DNA of 60,485 nucleotides, taken from NCBI RefSeq assembly GCF_006345805.1, contig NW_021832613.1, forward strand, positions 1 to 60,485, in the 5' to 3' direction. Each line of letters opens with the position of its first letter. The first letter of the stretch is position 1. This document shows, piece after piece, positions 1 to 14,109 of the stretch. A model generated the notes under the pieces. It did not search any database and had not been told where the DNA came from. It saw nothing but the letters and a program-made list of their open reading frames with translations. The DNA comes from Octopus sinensis (Eukaryota). The translations under genes and the position numbers were made by a program.

Positions 1-200
1 TCAGGTCCACATAATCGTAAATGCTGTATCTGTTGTTTAGACAGTTAATTACCAATCATTTGTATATATTTGATTGGATTTTCTCTTAAATATCAGTTGT
101 CAAGTGGAACTGATCAAACAATGAAGGTGCGTGAGAAACAAGAACAAGAAATACACTTAATGAGGAAGAGTTTTGACAATGAACAACGGGAGCTAACTCC
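1..200 (-). other. Copy of ZNF non-coding exon 1 (downstream part), interrupted by the Tx1 element; upstream part at 5508-5575
   Basis: Reverse complement of ~7641-7841; 5508-5575 is the reverse complement of ~7580-7640. Confidence 0.8.
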
Positions 201-456
201 ATATTTCTTTATTATGATTATACAATCGTTACATAGAAGGACAAATACAGGACATACATGCAAAAAACAGTTAAGAGGTTCGATAAAAATTTTCCATAAC
301 ATTTGGATTATTCATTATAAAAATTCGTCTGTAAATTGTCCTTTACATGACCAATAGAATATTATAACATTACATAAACTTTCGATCTTACCGAAGTTTT
401 AAACCCCGGCAATTTATAAGGCCCCGCAGCTTTTCTTTCCTCTCCTCCCTCCATAG

Positions 457-3400
457 TTAAGCTGGGTTTCTGACACCCACCTTTTTTTCCACTTCCTTCC
501 ATCTTTTCTCATACACACCCCGTGGTAAGATCCTCTTTTCCAGCCCCATTTTGCTCTTCAGATGATATCTGAAGTAAGTGAGCAAGCCGGGGCCCGAGAC
601 AAAGGATCCTATCGCGACTCCTTCCATTCTTGTTCGCCACATGCATTCTTTACTACTGCAACCGTGCAGTGAAAACATGCCTCACGTTCCTTCGAGAGTC
701 CAGTTGGCGGTATCATCTTAATCATAGACTCAGCCGACAGCTGTACTCGTCCCAGATGCGATAACACGTGTTCTGCGTAACTTATCAAGTCGGACAACTT
801 CCGACAGTGTACAAAAGCGTGCTGGACGGTTTCATCGTCCAACTCGCACCTTGGACACGTCGGTGGCACTGAAATTCCGTGCCGCGATAACTTCTCGCGA
901 ACAGGTAAAGCATTCCTATAGCACTGCCAGGCGAGGGATCTTTGGAAATTATCCAAATACCCCGTCCTGAAAGTCTTTTTAAACAGGTTGGTAAGCTGGT
1001 CTTCGTCAAACCCCAGAGCCCCTCCTAGGACGTCGTCGTTCTTTGCCTCTACCAGCCTTCTATAAAATACCGAGGTGGTATTTCCGCAGCCGGCCTTGCC
1101 CGCCTTGTGGATCAGCGTGAGTGCCTGTCGGCACTCCTTTTGCCATAAAGTCAGTTTCCATCTTTTGATGCGACCGGGTTTAAAATTCACTAAGGAGGCC
1201 GGTCTCGGGAAAAATTCCCCTGCCAGCGGACTCCACACCTTATCACCCTCCAGGTGGTGCCAGAGATGCTTCAGCCTCAACGCATGTCTGCGCATCATCA
1301 ACCAAGGCATTCCTAACCCACCCTTTAACGGTTCCTGGCAGCAAACGGAGCGCCTCACAAGTGGCTTTCCTCCCTTCCACAAAAAGCGGAAAAGGATTCG
1401 CTCCAACTTGCTAAGCCATGAATCGGGGCAAGGGACAACGGTCAGGCGGTAAGTGATTACAGATGCAATGAACATCTGTACCACCTCCACCCTTCCTTTC
1501 AAGGACAGAAACCTTCCGGACCAGGTCCGTACTATGGCCTCCACCTTGCTCGTCACCTCACTCCAGTTCCTCTCCGTTTGGGAGTCTGGCCCAAACCAAA
1601 CTCCTAGCAACTTAACAGGGCCATCCGTCCAGTGTCCCACGACACTGGACAATATCGACTTGCTCCTCCAGGTGCCGAGGCGCAAGCCAACCGACTTGTC
1701 CTTGTTAACCTTTGCTCCTGCCACCGCCTCGTATCCTCTGATAGCCTCTTCCACACAAGGTAGCTGGGCCTCATTGGACACGATGAGGGTGACGTCATCC
1801 GCATAAGCAGTAACCGTCCTCCCACCTCCGATCTCATCCGAGTTACTTCCCAGCCTCTCCAACTTTCGCAGCAATGGCTCAAGAGCCAACACGTACAAAA
1901 GTGGTGACAAGGGGCACCCTTGACGAACTGAACATTCGATCGAAAACGGTTCCGTTAGGTAACCGTTTATCTGGACGGTGGACTTGATGCCGCTATACAT
2001 AGCGGAGATCCACCCGCGAAATTCAGGGCCCAGTCCAGCCGCTTCGAGGACCGTCGCCAGGTACTCATGGTCTACCCTATCGAACGCTTTACTTTGGTCT
2101 AAATGGACCATTACCCCGCCCTTGCCGGTTAATTTACCCACCCTATCTAAGGTGTAGCGTATAAGGTGAAGATTGTCCTGGATCGACCTGCCTGGAATTG
2201 CACATGTCTGTGCTCTCCCTACAAGTTTCTCCACGACAACCGTTAACCTTTTTGCCAACACCTTGGCCAAAATCTTTAACTCTACATTAAGTAGAGTTAT
2301 GGGCCTGTAGTTACTAATGTTATCCCCTTTGATCGGGTCTTTTGTGGATTAGCGTCACCACTCCCCGGCTTACAGAACTGGGAATTCTCCCATTCTGCTG
2401 CCAGTTCGTGTAGACGCCTGCCAATATTCCCCCGAACAAGTCCGGCATACTTTGGTAAAACTCGTAGGGCAGACCATCCAACCCCGGCGACTTCTCCCCG
2501 GCGCATCCGGCCAGTATCCCCTCTATCTCCGCGGGAGTGATCGCTTCTTCACAGCACTCCACCTCACGCCCCGAGAGCCGCGGTCCGCCGGCTAGGAAGT
2601 CCTTTAAGGTCCTCCCCCGCTCCGGCGCCACACCACCCCCGAACACGCGGGTGAAATGCTGGTGAAGAAACTTTTGCATCTCCTCCTGTCCATAGATCTT
2701 TTGTCCCTGTTCGTCAGTTAAAGACTTGATTGAGGCTTTGTTACCTCTCTGACTCTCCACTCGACGGGCCCATCCGGCAACGTTAATACCTTCTCGTTTC
2801 CCAGCGCGTAGCTTAGCTCTGACTCTGCAACCTTCGTGTTTGGAGTTAAGGTGACGGTACAATACCGTCCTTGCCGCCATCACTCCGGATGCAGAGCTAG
2901 CTTCCATTGCCTCGTTTAGATTCTTAACTAAATCGTCCTCTATCCTAGACCTATCTAACCTTAGCTGATTGCTAAATCTAATGGACTCTGAACGAATGGC
3001 TCTTTTGAGGGAGTGCCACCATCTATTGTTAATGATGGTGCCACACAATGCCCTCTGTACTAACACCTTAATCCGGGTACGGAAGTCTTCACAATTCAAA
3101 ATAGCCTTGTTCAGCTTCCAGTACCCGTGTCCCTGTCTATGACACTTGTCTAATTGCATCCTACACGTCACAAATTTGCGATCCGTGTAAGGCACAATGT
3201 GAAACTGTGGACAACTAAACGTATCCTTATCTCTTTTCTTAATAAATATCCTATCTAAATACGATCTGTGTGAGCCGTCGTTGTTACTCCACGTCCACTG
3301 TGGAACGCTCGGGTCATCCAGTCGGTAACGGTCCACTAGATCAAAGCTCTCTAGTAGACCCTTGAGGCTAGGGTTCCCCTTCCTATTGGTTGAGCCAACA

Positions 3401-3846
3401 CTGTCGACCCGCGCTTCAAGGACAGTGTTAAAGTCCCCTACTAAGATTACCGTTTTCGACGTCGCTAAAAAGGGCTCCAGGTTCCGAAAAAAACCCGTCT
3501 GTCTACACTCATTCGGAGCGTAGACAGCTACCAACCTGAAGGACTGTTTACTTACGTGGGTCACATCCAGAACAACCAGCCTGCCTTCTGGGTCCAGAAA
3601 GACAGTACTTACCTGCAAGTCCAAGCTCTTCCTGATAAGGACTGCCACGCCTCTGCCTCCTCCTCGGTTAGGAGAAATAAATTTCTCGAACCCATTTAGA
3701 AGAGGCGAGAACGCTTGGGCCTCGTTCATCTTGGACTCGGTTGCAATAGCTATGTCCACTCCATGTGTCGTGAGGTCGTTCAGGAAACAAATTTGTTTCC
3801 ATTTCGTCCCCATTCCACGTACATTCACACAACCCAGCTTAGCCAT
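457..3846 (-). pseudogene. Tx1/L1 ORF2 (endonuclease-reverse transcriptase), frameshifted near 2300 and near 640
   Basis: ORF 2320-3846: NVRG, ESK, VYAP, GDFN, SYLDRIF, SPGLDGLPYEFY. ORF 609-2270: KAFDRV, QGCPLSP, YADD, then CPRC...HAFVHC zf-RVT-like motif. Confidence 0.92.
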
Positions 3847-3861
3847 TGTCGGTGAGAGAAA

Positions 3862-5298
3862 AATTAAATGAACTTACGGTTGAGAAAGGGAGCATGACAG
3901 TTTAAATCTGCCCGCTTCCCCTTCTTCCTCCCTTGTGGTCGTAGCTGCAGGGCTCTTAACCGGCGTTGCCACCGGGCTCTGGGTAGGTGTGGTTGCCGGG
4001 GTTATAACAAGTTTACCCTCCAGTACTTCCTTTGTTACGTCTCTTATCAGTCTATTCTTTAGATGTTCTTGTAGTATTTCCTCCTTCCACTCGTCTTCCT
4101 TTATTTTTGCGAAGCGAGTGGTTGCTTTTATGTCTGTAGCCTTGCTAAATAGTTTAAATTTGGAAAATTTAAAGTATTTATATACCCTCTCGTTTTTTTC
4201 ATCAAACGCAATGATCTTATCATTTTTTTTAAAGACTTTTTCACATCTTGTTTTATGGGGAGGGGCTTGGCGAACTGTTTCCCAATGAATACAGTGCCAT
4301 GGGGGTAGGGCTGGGGAATTTGCTTTGTGTGTATGTCTGCGGTGCTTGCTGATTTTTTCCTTGTTTGGGGAGGGGAGTCCAGGGTGTTATCTTTTTTTCT
4401 TTTGTGTGTCACCTGTGTGTAATCCATTTGTTCGATACAATCCTCCGTTTCTGTTTCTTTGCTTGTCGTCGTCATGTTTTCTTTTTCCGCCTTCTCCCCT
4501 TCAGTGTTTGAAGCACTTTGAGGAGGGGCTTCGTTGGTTTTCTTTTTTTTTAAGCAGCTCGAGCGGACGCGACCCCTCTCGCCGCATTTAAAGCACCAGG
4601 TCCGCGTCCCCCCACTGACACTCTCATGGACGCTCCATCCTCGTTAAATATCCTATCGGGCAGGTTCTCCAATATCTTGTTCTCCGCCTGAACGAGGAGC
4701 TCTAGCGTCCGTCCCCTCCAGCGCACCTCCTCCTTCCCTCCCATCTGCAGAATCGAAACTTCCCGCTCCACACCGCCGCTGCCACCCACATTATATCACA
4801 CCCCCTCGGTACGTCCTCCACTAGCAGCTCAGCCGTTCCTCCTCCCATACACGAGGGCAGCAACACGATATCATCACTTTCCAGGGTCACAGATGACACC
4901 TCTCCTGCCACCTCAGCCGAGTCAAAATGTGCTTCAACGGCAGCGCTGCGAGCACCTCGAACGACACGGCGAATCCCGTCCCACACCGGGGACAAGCACC
5001 CCTCGACCACCTCGCTTCTGACGTCCATAATTTTCCCCTCCTTGCAGCTATACACCTTGTATACAACTGTCCTTTCCTCCACTTCTTGTACCTTCGCCTG
5101 CGGCGGCACAAATTCGACTTCGCCTCCTTCCACCTTCACCAAGTTCCCAAATTCGAACAGTTGCTCGATCCTGAATTCAACGTCCATCATGGCTCCGCCC
5201 ACCGCGGCCGAAAAAGACCGTTTTGTTACTTCAGTGTCCCCCAACTCACCTGTTCCCATCGCGGGAAAATCACTCTTCGACGCCAAGTCGAAATCCAT
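3862..5298 (-). pseudogene. Tx1/L1 ORF1 (gag-like), broken into several frames
   Basis: Fragments 4702-5298, 4550-4789 and 4128-4475 lie upstream of ORF2. Minus-strand 4553-4594 reads CFKCGERGRVRSSC, a CCHC knuckle with His replaced by Arg. Confidence 0.75.
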
Positions 5299-5623
5299 TT
5301 CTCAAAAATGCTTCAAAAACCACCTCGAAGGCAACAACAACTTCAAACACAGAACCTTCCGCCCCGTAGGGCGAAAACTACCGTTACACAACGAGCACTG
5401 TTCAATCAACAACTAACACAAACAACGATGAGCAAAAGATCGAACTCTCTCAACAAAAGGCAGCAAATTTCTCAAAACGCAGATGAAAGTTCAAGGGAAC
5501 TAACTCCCGTCTTTAAAGAATTGCGGCTCTACTTTATAGATTTGGGATTTTGTGAAAGATGTTTCTTTGATAATTTTGTCTCATAAATTATTATTATTGC
5601 CATTATTACCTTTCTCTTATACT

Positions 5624-5974
5624 TGTTTCAGTCATTTGACTGCGGCCATGCTGGAGCACCGCCTTTAGTCGAGCAAATCGAACCCGGGACTTATTCTTTG
5701 TAAGCCCAGTACTTATTCTATCGTTCTTTTTGCCGAACCGCTAAGTGACGGGGACGTAAACACACCAGCATCGGTTGTCAAGCAATGCTAAGGGGACAAA
5801 CACACATACATATATACGAAAGGCTTCTTTCAGTTTCCGTCTACCAAATCCACTCATAAGGTATTGGTCGGCCCAGGGCTATAGCAGAAGACACTTGCCG
5901 AAGATGCCACGCAGTGAGACTTAACCCGGAACGATGTGGTTGGTTAGCAAGCTACTTACCACACAGCCACTCCT
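5624..5974 (-). mobile_element. tRNA-derived SINE (tRNA head, CORE-like domain, (CA)n linker, LINE-like 3' tail)
   Basis: Minus strand begins aggagtggctgtgtggtaagtagcttg with A/B-box-like motifs and ends ...cagcatggccgcagtcaaatgactgaaaca; near-identical copies at 18963-19339, 44760-44880 and 60355-60485. Confidence 0.85.
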
Positions 5975-5982
5975 ATACATAA

Positions 5983-6017
<35 letters not shown>

Positions 6018-6399
6018 CAAAAGTTTTCATAAATCGTAGAAGTAATTCTTTATTTGAAGTATTAAATTTATCGCATCTCTCTATTTTCAAGAGGTTTATA
6101 TCACAGACATATCTATCGTAATAACACCTCCTGGACATTGCGTCTGTCCTAGACACACACCAATATACATGTCAATGACACTAGATATCTGATGGTTTCA
6201 CCTCAGTCATGTGTCGTATCAACACAGCTTTGTTTGGTAACATAGACATCACTCCTCCTCTGCCTCATTCTGTACATTCGTAAATACACAAATACATAGA
6301 TACGGGCAGCTTAATATCAATATTTTGTTAAGCATGAAACATGGAGAAAAGTTAGTAAAGTATCAACATTCTTTTCAACTCTCAGGCACAAAGCTCGAA

Positions 6400-6545
6400 G
6401 TTTTTGAGGAAGGGTCAGTCAATTAGATTGACCCCAGTACACAACTTGTACTTAACTTATCGACCCCGAAAGGATGAAGGGCAAAATCGACCTTGGCGGA
6501 ATTTGAACTGAAAACGTAAAGATAGACAAAATACTTCTAAGTATT
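6400..6545 (-). mobile_element. SINE fragment with Nin/Deu-type domain
   Basis: Minus strand ttcaaattccgccaaggtcgattttgcccttcatcctttcggggtcgataagttaagtac resembles the Nin domain core; related fragments at ~21690-21800, 32721-32800 and 45895-46015. Confidence 0.65.
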
Positions 6546-7335
6546 TCATATATATATATATATAAACTCGGTAGAAGTAAAGACCTGAACCCTTCAAAGG
6601 GATGTTTAGCATCGAAGTTCATGACGAAAATCCTACTTTATAACATTAAAAGGATTATATTTTTCTCAAAGTTACGAGGGAATCATCCGACGTCCTCTCC
6701 ACACCCCCTCGGAAAAGATTTTCCCCACAAATTTCTTTATAATCCTAATCTATACCGTCTGAAAGGTATTTATATAAAATTTCATTTATAAAAACCCATT
6801 TTAAAGTTATGTGAAAAAAACGTCGGATCTTGTGAATGTTCCGAAGGTCTCTCCCCACCCCCGTTGCTTTCCGGGCCTTTTTGTTCTCAGATTCGTTCCC
6901 TACCCTCTTTTTTTTTTTACACCAGTTCCATTTATTTTGTTTTTTCGATTCCGTTCCCGGGTAATAATGCCAACATACAAGGATGTATATTGCAACAGGA
7001 TCAGTTCGGTATCACTGGAGGGGTGTCCGATCTGATCCCGTCACAGTCAATTTTAGCTAAAATAACAGAAAAGTCAGGCGATCTACGAACACAGCAAAAC
7101 GGTTGTTTATTTCTGGTCGTAATGTAGAACTGGTGCACGTGTTCTGTGGCGGGAAACCGACAGCCGAATCTGCAGCACTGGTTGCTCGCTTTCTTGTTTG
7201 TTAGTCGAACGATTTGTCGGGTTCGCTGCTTGGTTGGTGAGAAGTCCTCAGAGAGACTGCCAATACACGTCCATCACCGGGTGCTGCAAGAGCCAGAAAA
7301 GATGAGGGAGCGAACCGCGTTTTAGGGTTCACTTT

Positions 7336-7402
7336 CCCGCACATGTGCATAAGGAAGACTTCCGGTGCGCAACCGGAAGTAACTCCATTCTGCGCATGTG
7401 CA
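7336..7402. promoter_or_regulatory. Putative ZNF core promoter: palindromic ETS pair flanked by NRF1-like sites
   Basis: acttccggt-gcgca-accggaagt (7358-7380); tgcgcatgtgca (7391-7402); gcacatgtgc (7339-7348); CpG-rich relative to the surroundings. Confidence 0.65.
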
Positions 7403-7559
7403 ATGAATCTTAGACAGCAGCATCAAAGCGAACTCGTGGAATTCAGCTGGAAAATTATAAGATTCCTGAAATACTGAAATTTTCACTACACTCGAACATT
7501 TCCACACATAGCAGCAAAACGGAAAAGATCGGAAAAGGGTTGATGATAATAACAATAAC

Positions 7560-7961
7560 AGTGACGAAGCCGAATATTGAAGAAATCTCTTTCACAAAAT
7601 ACCAAATCTATTAAAGTAGAGCCGCAATTCTTTGAAGACTGGAGTTAGTTCCCTTTGTTCATTGCCAAAACTCTTCCTCATTAAGTGTATTTCTTGTTCT
7701 TGTTTCTCATGCACCTTGATTGTTTGATCAGTTCCACTTGACAACTGATATTTAAGAGAAAATCCAATCAAATATATACAAATGATTGGTAATTAACTGT
7801 CTAAACAAACAGATACAGCCTTTACGATTATGTGGACCTGAAAATTATTAATTAACGTTTGTTGTAGAAATCTAGAAATTCTCTTGAAGCTGTCGTTGTC
7901 CACTCTGACTCCAGTTCTCACATCTTCCTCCTTCACTATTTCTCTCCATATCTATTACTAT
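7560..7961 (+). other. Putative non-coding exon 1 of ZNF unit 1 (start approximate); donor GTAAGT at 7962, intron to AG at 10731
   Basis: Sequence conserved in four copies; actat/GTAAGTATT donor conserved at 7962, 34222 and 44514; polypyrimidine tttcag/aaaatcac acceptor at 10731, 18397, 36210 and 49624. Confidence 0.6.
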
Positions 7962-8131
7962 GTAAGTATTTATTTAAACATTTCTATTATATATGTGTCG
8001 TATTATGTACATTTATTTGTTTCGATGTGTTGAGAAAGTTAAAAGGAAAAAAAATCTCACTAAGACGAAATTATACGAAAGGCTGTAATTTTAATACTTT
8101 CATTGTGTTGTCGTTTTCTTTTAGACATTTC

Positions 8132-9400
8132 GGTTAATATAGGGCGTAACAAATATCAGAAAATCAAAAAAAAAATGTGTGTAATAGGTGTAAAACAACT
8201 TCCTATGAACGAATATGAAAAAAAAAATTCGCGCACGCGAAAGGGGGGTGGGGGAGAGGCCTCGGAAAATTTACATCGGGAAGTTCCGAAAGCGTCTGAG
8301 GAGCTGACCCGGGCACCAAAACAAAAAAAAAATAGTGTAATATGTGTAAAACAACTTGCTCTAAACGAATATGACAAAAAAAAATGCGCTCTCGCGAAAG
8401 AGGGGTGGGGGAGAGGCCTCGGAATATTTATATCGGGAATTTCCGAAAGCGTCTGAACCGGGCACAAAAACAAAAACAGCGTAATAGGTGTAAAACAACT
8501 TGCTCTAAACGACTATCACGAAAAAAATGCGCGCTCGCGAAAGGGGGGTGGGGGAGAGGCTTCGGAAATTACACATCTTCAGTCCACGGCCTTTAAACTA
8601 AGAAAAAATAGTGTAATTGGTGTAAAACTACTTGTTCTAAACGAGTATCAAGAACACACACTCACACATGAATCATAAACTCCGTATTTCGCAAAAAAAA
8701 TAATAAAGAGAAGAAATTCTGGAAAAAGTGAAGAAATGTTGGATCTCCGCCATGTGAATCAAAATACGTGTCAGAAACATCTTGAAATACTACAGAAATT
8801 GGTTAATATAGGGCGTTACGATTATCAGAAAATAAAAAAAAAAATGTGTGTAATAGGTGTAAAACAACTTCCTATGAACGAATATGAAAAAAAAAAATTC
8901 GCGCACGCGAAAGGGGGGTGGGGGAGAGGCCTCGGAAAATTCACATCGGGAAGTTCCGAAAGCGTCTGAGGAGCTGACCCGGGCACCAAAACAAAAAAAA
9001 AATAGTGTAATATGTGTAAAAAAAAATGCGCTCTCGCGAAAGAGGGGTGGGGGAGAGGCCTCGGAAAATTTATATCGGGAATTTCCGAAAGCGTCTGAAC
9101 CGGGCACAAAAACAAAAACAAAAACAGCGTAATAGGTGTAAAACAACTTGCTCTAAACGACTATCATGAAAAAAATGCGCGCTCGCGAAAGGGGGGTGGG
9201 GGAGAGGCTTCGGAAATTTCACATCTTCAGTCCACGGCCTTTAAACTAAGAAAAAATAGTGTAATTGGTGTAAAACTACTTGTTCTAAACGAGTATCAAG
9301 AACACACACTCACACATGAATCATAAACTCCGTATTTTTGTACATATTTCGCAAAAAAAAAAAAATAATAAAGAGAAGAGATTCTGGAAAAAGTGAAGAA
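8132..9400 (+). repeat. Higher-order tandem repeat: ~669-bp unit x ~1.9, each with three ~130-bp G-rich subrepeats
   Basis: ggttaatatagggcg at 8132 and 8801; subrepeat core cgaaaggggggtgggggagaggcctcggaaa occurs six times; absent from the paralogous intron at ~34391. Confidence 0.85.
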
Positions 9401-9787
9401 CTGTTGTAAATTCGACAATTTCGTTAAATGTGGGAAAATTACGATGCAATTAGTAAGAAATGGGGAATGTATAAAAATACGAGTGTGCACTTGAAATACT
9501 GAAACGAAAAGCAAATATCGTATCGAGAGGAAATGAAACGGCTCTTATTTGAGACGTAGTAAGTCTTTATTTCTGGTGGTTCTTCTGCATCATTAAAAGT
9601 TAGAATTAATATATTTTTCTAATTTATTTAATTTTGTGTGTGTGTGTGGAGTGCTGCTTTAAGCACCTAATATAATCCCTTGTCACATATTTTTATTTGG
9701 GGGAATTTTCAGAAATTTTTGTGAACGAGAATTCGTTCGGTCATGCAACCAAAAAAAGAAAAGAATCAACTGCGATTTATGAGCTAT

Positions 9788-9990
9788 TTAGCTGTTATTT
9801 TTCGCACATCTCATGACCAGTATGGTTGTAGCAGGAAGAGGAGAGATATAGACTAGGCCCTCCCTGAGAAAGAAATGGCAAGGTGTCAGCTCAGGTGAAC
9901 GTAGCGGCCATTTCAACATCACGTTGCCTTCTTCAGGACGCGCCAAACTCTTTGGAGGAATCTGGCTTTCATTCTCCACATCAACCAATA
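9788..9990 (-). mobile_element. Tc1/mariner transposase fragment
   Basis: WPLRSPELTPCHFFL resembles the WPPRSPDLTPCDFFLW motif; paralogous copy at ~34850-35050. Confidence 0.7.
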
Positions 9991-10164
9991 ATTTTTCGTA
10001 CGTTAAAATTTCCCCACTAAGGATTTTGATGCTGTTAGTGAGACATCAATATTATTTACTGACATTTATTCATCTTTTATGCTCACCTAAATATTAACGT
10101 TGAGCTAACCGTATATATATACATATATATATATGTGTGTGTGTATTTGTATATATGGCTCCCA

Positions 10165-10460
10165 TGCAGGTGGCATGTAAAAAGTACCATTCAAGCATGA
10201 TTGATGCTAGTGCTGCCTGACTTGCACCCGTGCCGGTGGCACATGCAAAGCACCATTCAAGCATGGTCGATGCCAATGCTACCTGACTGGCTCCATGGCA
10301 CATAAAACGTAACCGCTACACGCTCAAACAGCATCCAGCTGTAGAAATCTTGCCTGATAAGATTGAAACCTTGTTCAGCCTCATGGCTTGCCAGTCCTCA
10401 GTCAAACCTCACAACCCATGCCAGCGTGGAAAGCAGATGTTAAACGATGATGATGAAGGT
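10165..10460 (+). mobile_element. 5'-truncated RTE LINE 3' end
   Basis: catccagctgtagaaa...aacccatgccagcgtggaaagcagatgttaaacgatgatgatga matches the 3' end of the RTE copies at 27314 and 56831; duplicate at ~35215-35520. Confidence 0.7.
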
Positions 10461-11153
10461 AGAGAAAGAGCGATATCTATTTTAGCAAACAAAGATACAA
10501 GACTGCAATGAAAACATCAGAAATCTAGTGTCATTTATATGTATATTGGTGTGTGTGTGTGTGGAAGTGTGTCTATGACAGACTTTATATTCCAGGAGTT
10601 GGTATTATGATAGATGTGTCTACTCTATGCTTCTACAATTTATGAAAACAGAAATGTCGTAAATTTGCACTTTTGAATATCTGCCTTTTAAACATACTTT
10701 ATGTCTTATATTATTTTTTCTATTCTTTCAGAAAATCACATGAAGTTGGCTAAAAAGTATTTTTTACTTTTAAAGAATCATCAATATGTCTCATGTTTGA
10801 AAGACTCTGCAAAGATATTCTACAAACATATAATCCTGCTTCTATAAAACATTGCTGAATTACAGTAAAATATTTCCTCTGAGCGAGAGGCATTTCTTTA
10901 CTTCTGAAATGTGCAAGAGATAATTTTCTCTTTTAAATATACTTTGATAGATTTCGAAACAGTATTTGCGACATTTTTAAATATTGGCATTGACCACATT
11001 TAGTAGAAATATAAGAGAAGTGATATTTGTTTGGAATAAACTATAAAAGCCAAAAGAAGCAAAATATCCATAAATTTTGGTGAGAGCAAAAATATTATTG
11101 AAAAGTTGTTGATCTGTAGAACTTGAAGGATTGATTATATTTTTCTTGAAGAG

Positions 11154-12860
<1,707 letters not shown>

Positions 12861-14109
12861 TGATGATGATCCTCATCATTTAACATTCTCCTATTCTTGC
12901 TTCTGTGAATCAGATGGAATTCATTGATGGCGATTTTCTACATCTGGGTCCCTTTCTTGTGACCAATCCTCACCTGTTTCCAAGCAAGGAAATATTTTCC
13001 CTGGTGAGACACATTTTACACAGAAGACTGGAAATGAACAACTGCACAAGTATGACGGCCATGATGGCCCTTTACGAACATCACATAATATCTGGACAAG
13101 GGTACACACACATACAGACACATGTATGTCTGAAGAATTTCTTATAGGAAATATCTTACATGTTTTCTACACATATAAGAGTTTGTAATTCCTATTAGGA
13201 AATGAAACACATGTAATGCTGAATAAATAATATCAAACTTTTCTCCGGTCTCCTTATGTGATTTGTAATTACCTTGCAAAAATATTATCCAAACCTCCCA
13301 CAAAAATAATGTACGTGTAATATAATTTTAGAAGGTGGGTGATGTTCTGATGGAGAGATTAAAGAAAGGTAGAGAGAGACAGATGATGGTGGTGGTTGTG
13401 ATGGTGAATACAGAGTGAAAAGTAATGTTTTTTTTACTTGAACAAAGTTTTTTTTACAACACCTACAAATTGAAATGTGTATTGGCTCTCTGACCCATCA
13501 CCTTGGCTTACAAGTTACCACTGATGTGGTTTTCTGAGTAAGCAAAGTTACATTAAATTCTGACCCCTATATTTTACATATAAGGTATTTATTTTAGTAT
13601 ACACTTCTCGTGTTTTAGATAAGAAATTATGCCCATGTAAATTTTAAAATGTAATTTTTTTCTATTTATGAGAAAACTGGAAAAATATAAGCAAATATTT
13701 ATTTTATGAGTGCTGTGTCTATAAAATTGTGCATAAAGTGTATTAAGTAATTACCGTATTCCAATTTCCTTCAGTTTTCAGTGAATAGCAGATGAGCGAC
13801 TATCTTTTGATGCAGACACAATACAGGCTCCACTTTAGAGTGTTTTGGTTTCAGGAATAACCCAATACATTGCCTCACTAGACACCGAGGCCATGACTAG
13901 TGACCGGGACCATTTGTTTTTGGATAATGGATAAACAGCTAAAAGATTATATAAATATATATTTATAAAATTAAAGACTTAAATCTGTACAAGATGCAAA
14001 GCAAAAAGAAAAGAATTCAATTAAGAATGCATCTGATGAAAGAATATTGGTTTAAAAAACATACGACATAAAAATGATAACAATGAAGACTATAAGGAAT
14101 ATGAGGGAG

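Larger units (their letters stand above)
201..5492 (-). mobile_element. Full-length L1/Tx1-clade LINE (ORF1 + ORF2, both frameshifted) with ~15-bp target-site duplication
   Basis: APE endonuclease, RT and C-terminal Cys motif in ORF2; CCHC-like knuckle in ORF1; AATAAA near the 3' end; flanked by aacgggagctaactcc (185-200) and aagggaactaactcc (5493-5507), matching the uninterrupted site seen at ~7641, ~33901 and ~44193. Confidence 0.92.

Noticed and set aside
6811-7555. Short ORFs near the promoter, identical in unit 3
   Set aside because: Identity reflects the near-identical duplication; no coding signature.
8103-9146. Overlapping 70-118 aa ORFs in the intron satellite
   Set aside because: Repeat-derived, on both strands, with no domain signature.
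12905-13147. 80-aa ORF (MNQMEFID...) open in several units (also 30990-31232, 38133-38366, 22789-23001)
   Set aside because: It lies antisense to what looks like a decayed RTE-type 3' end, is frameshifted in the most diverged copy, and recent duplication explains its persistence.
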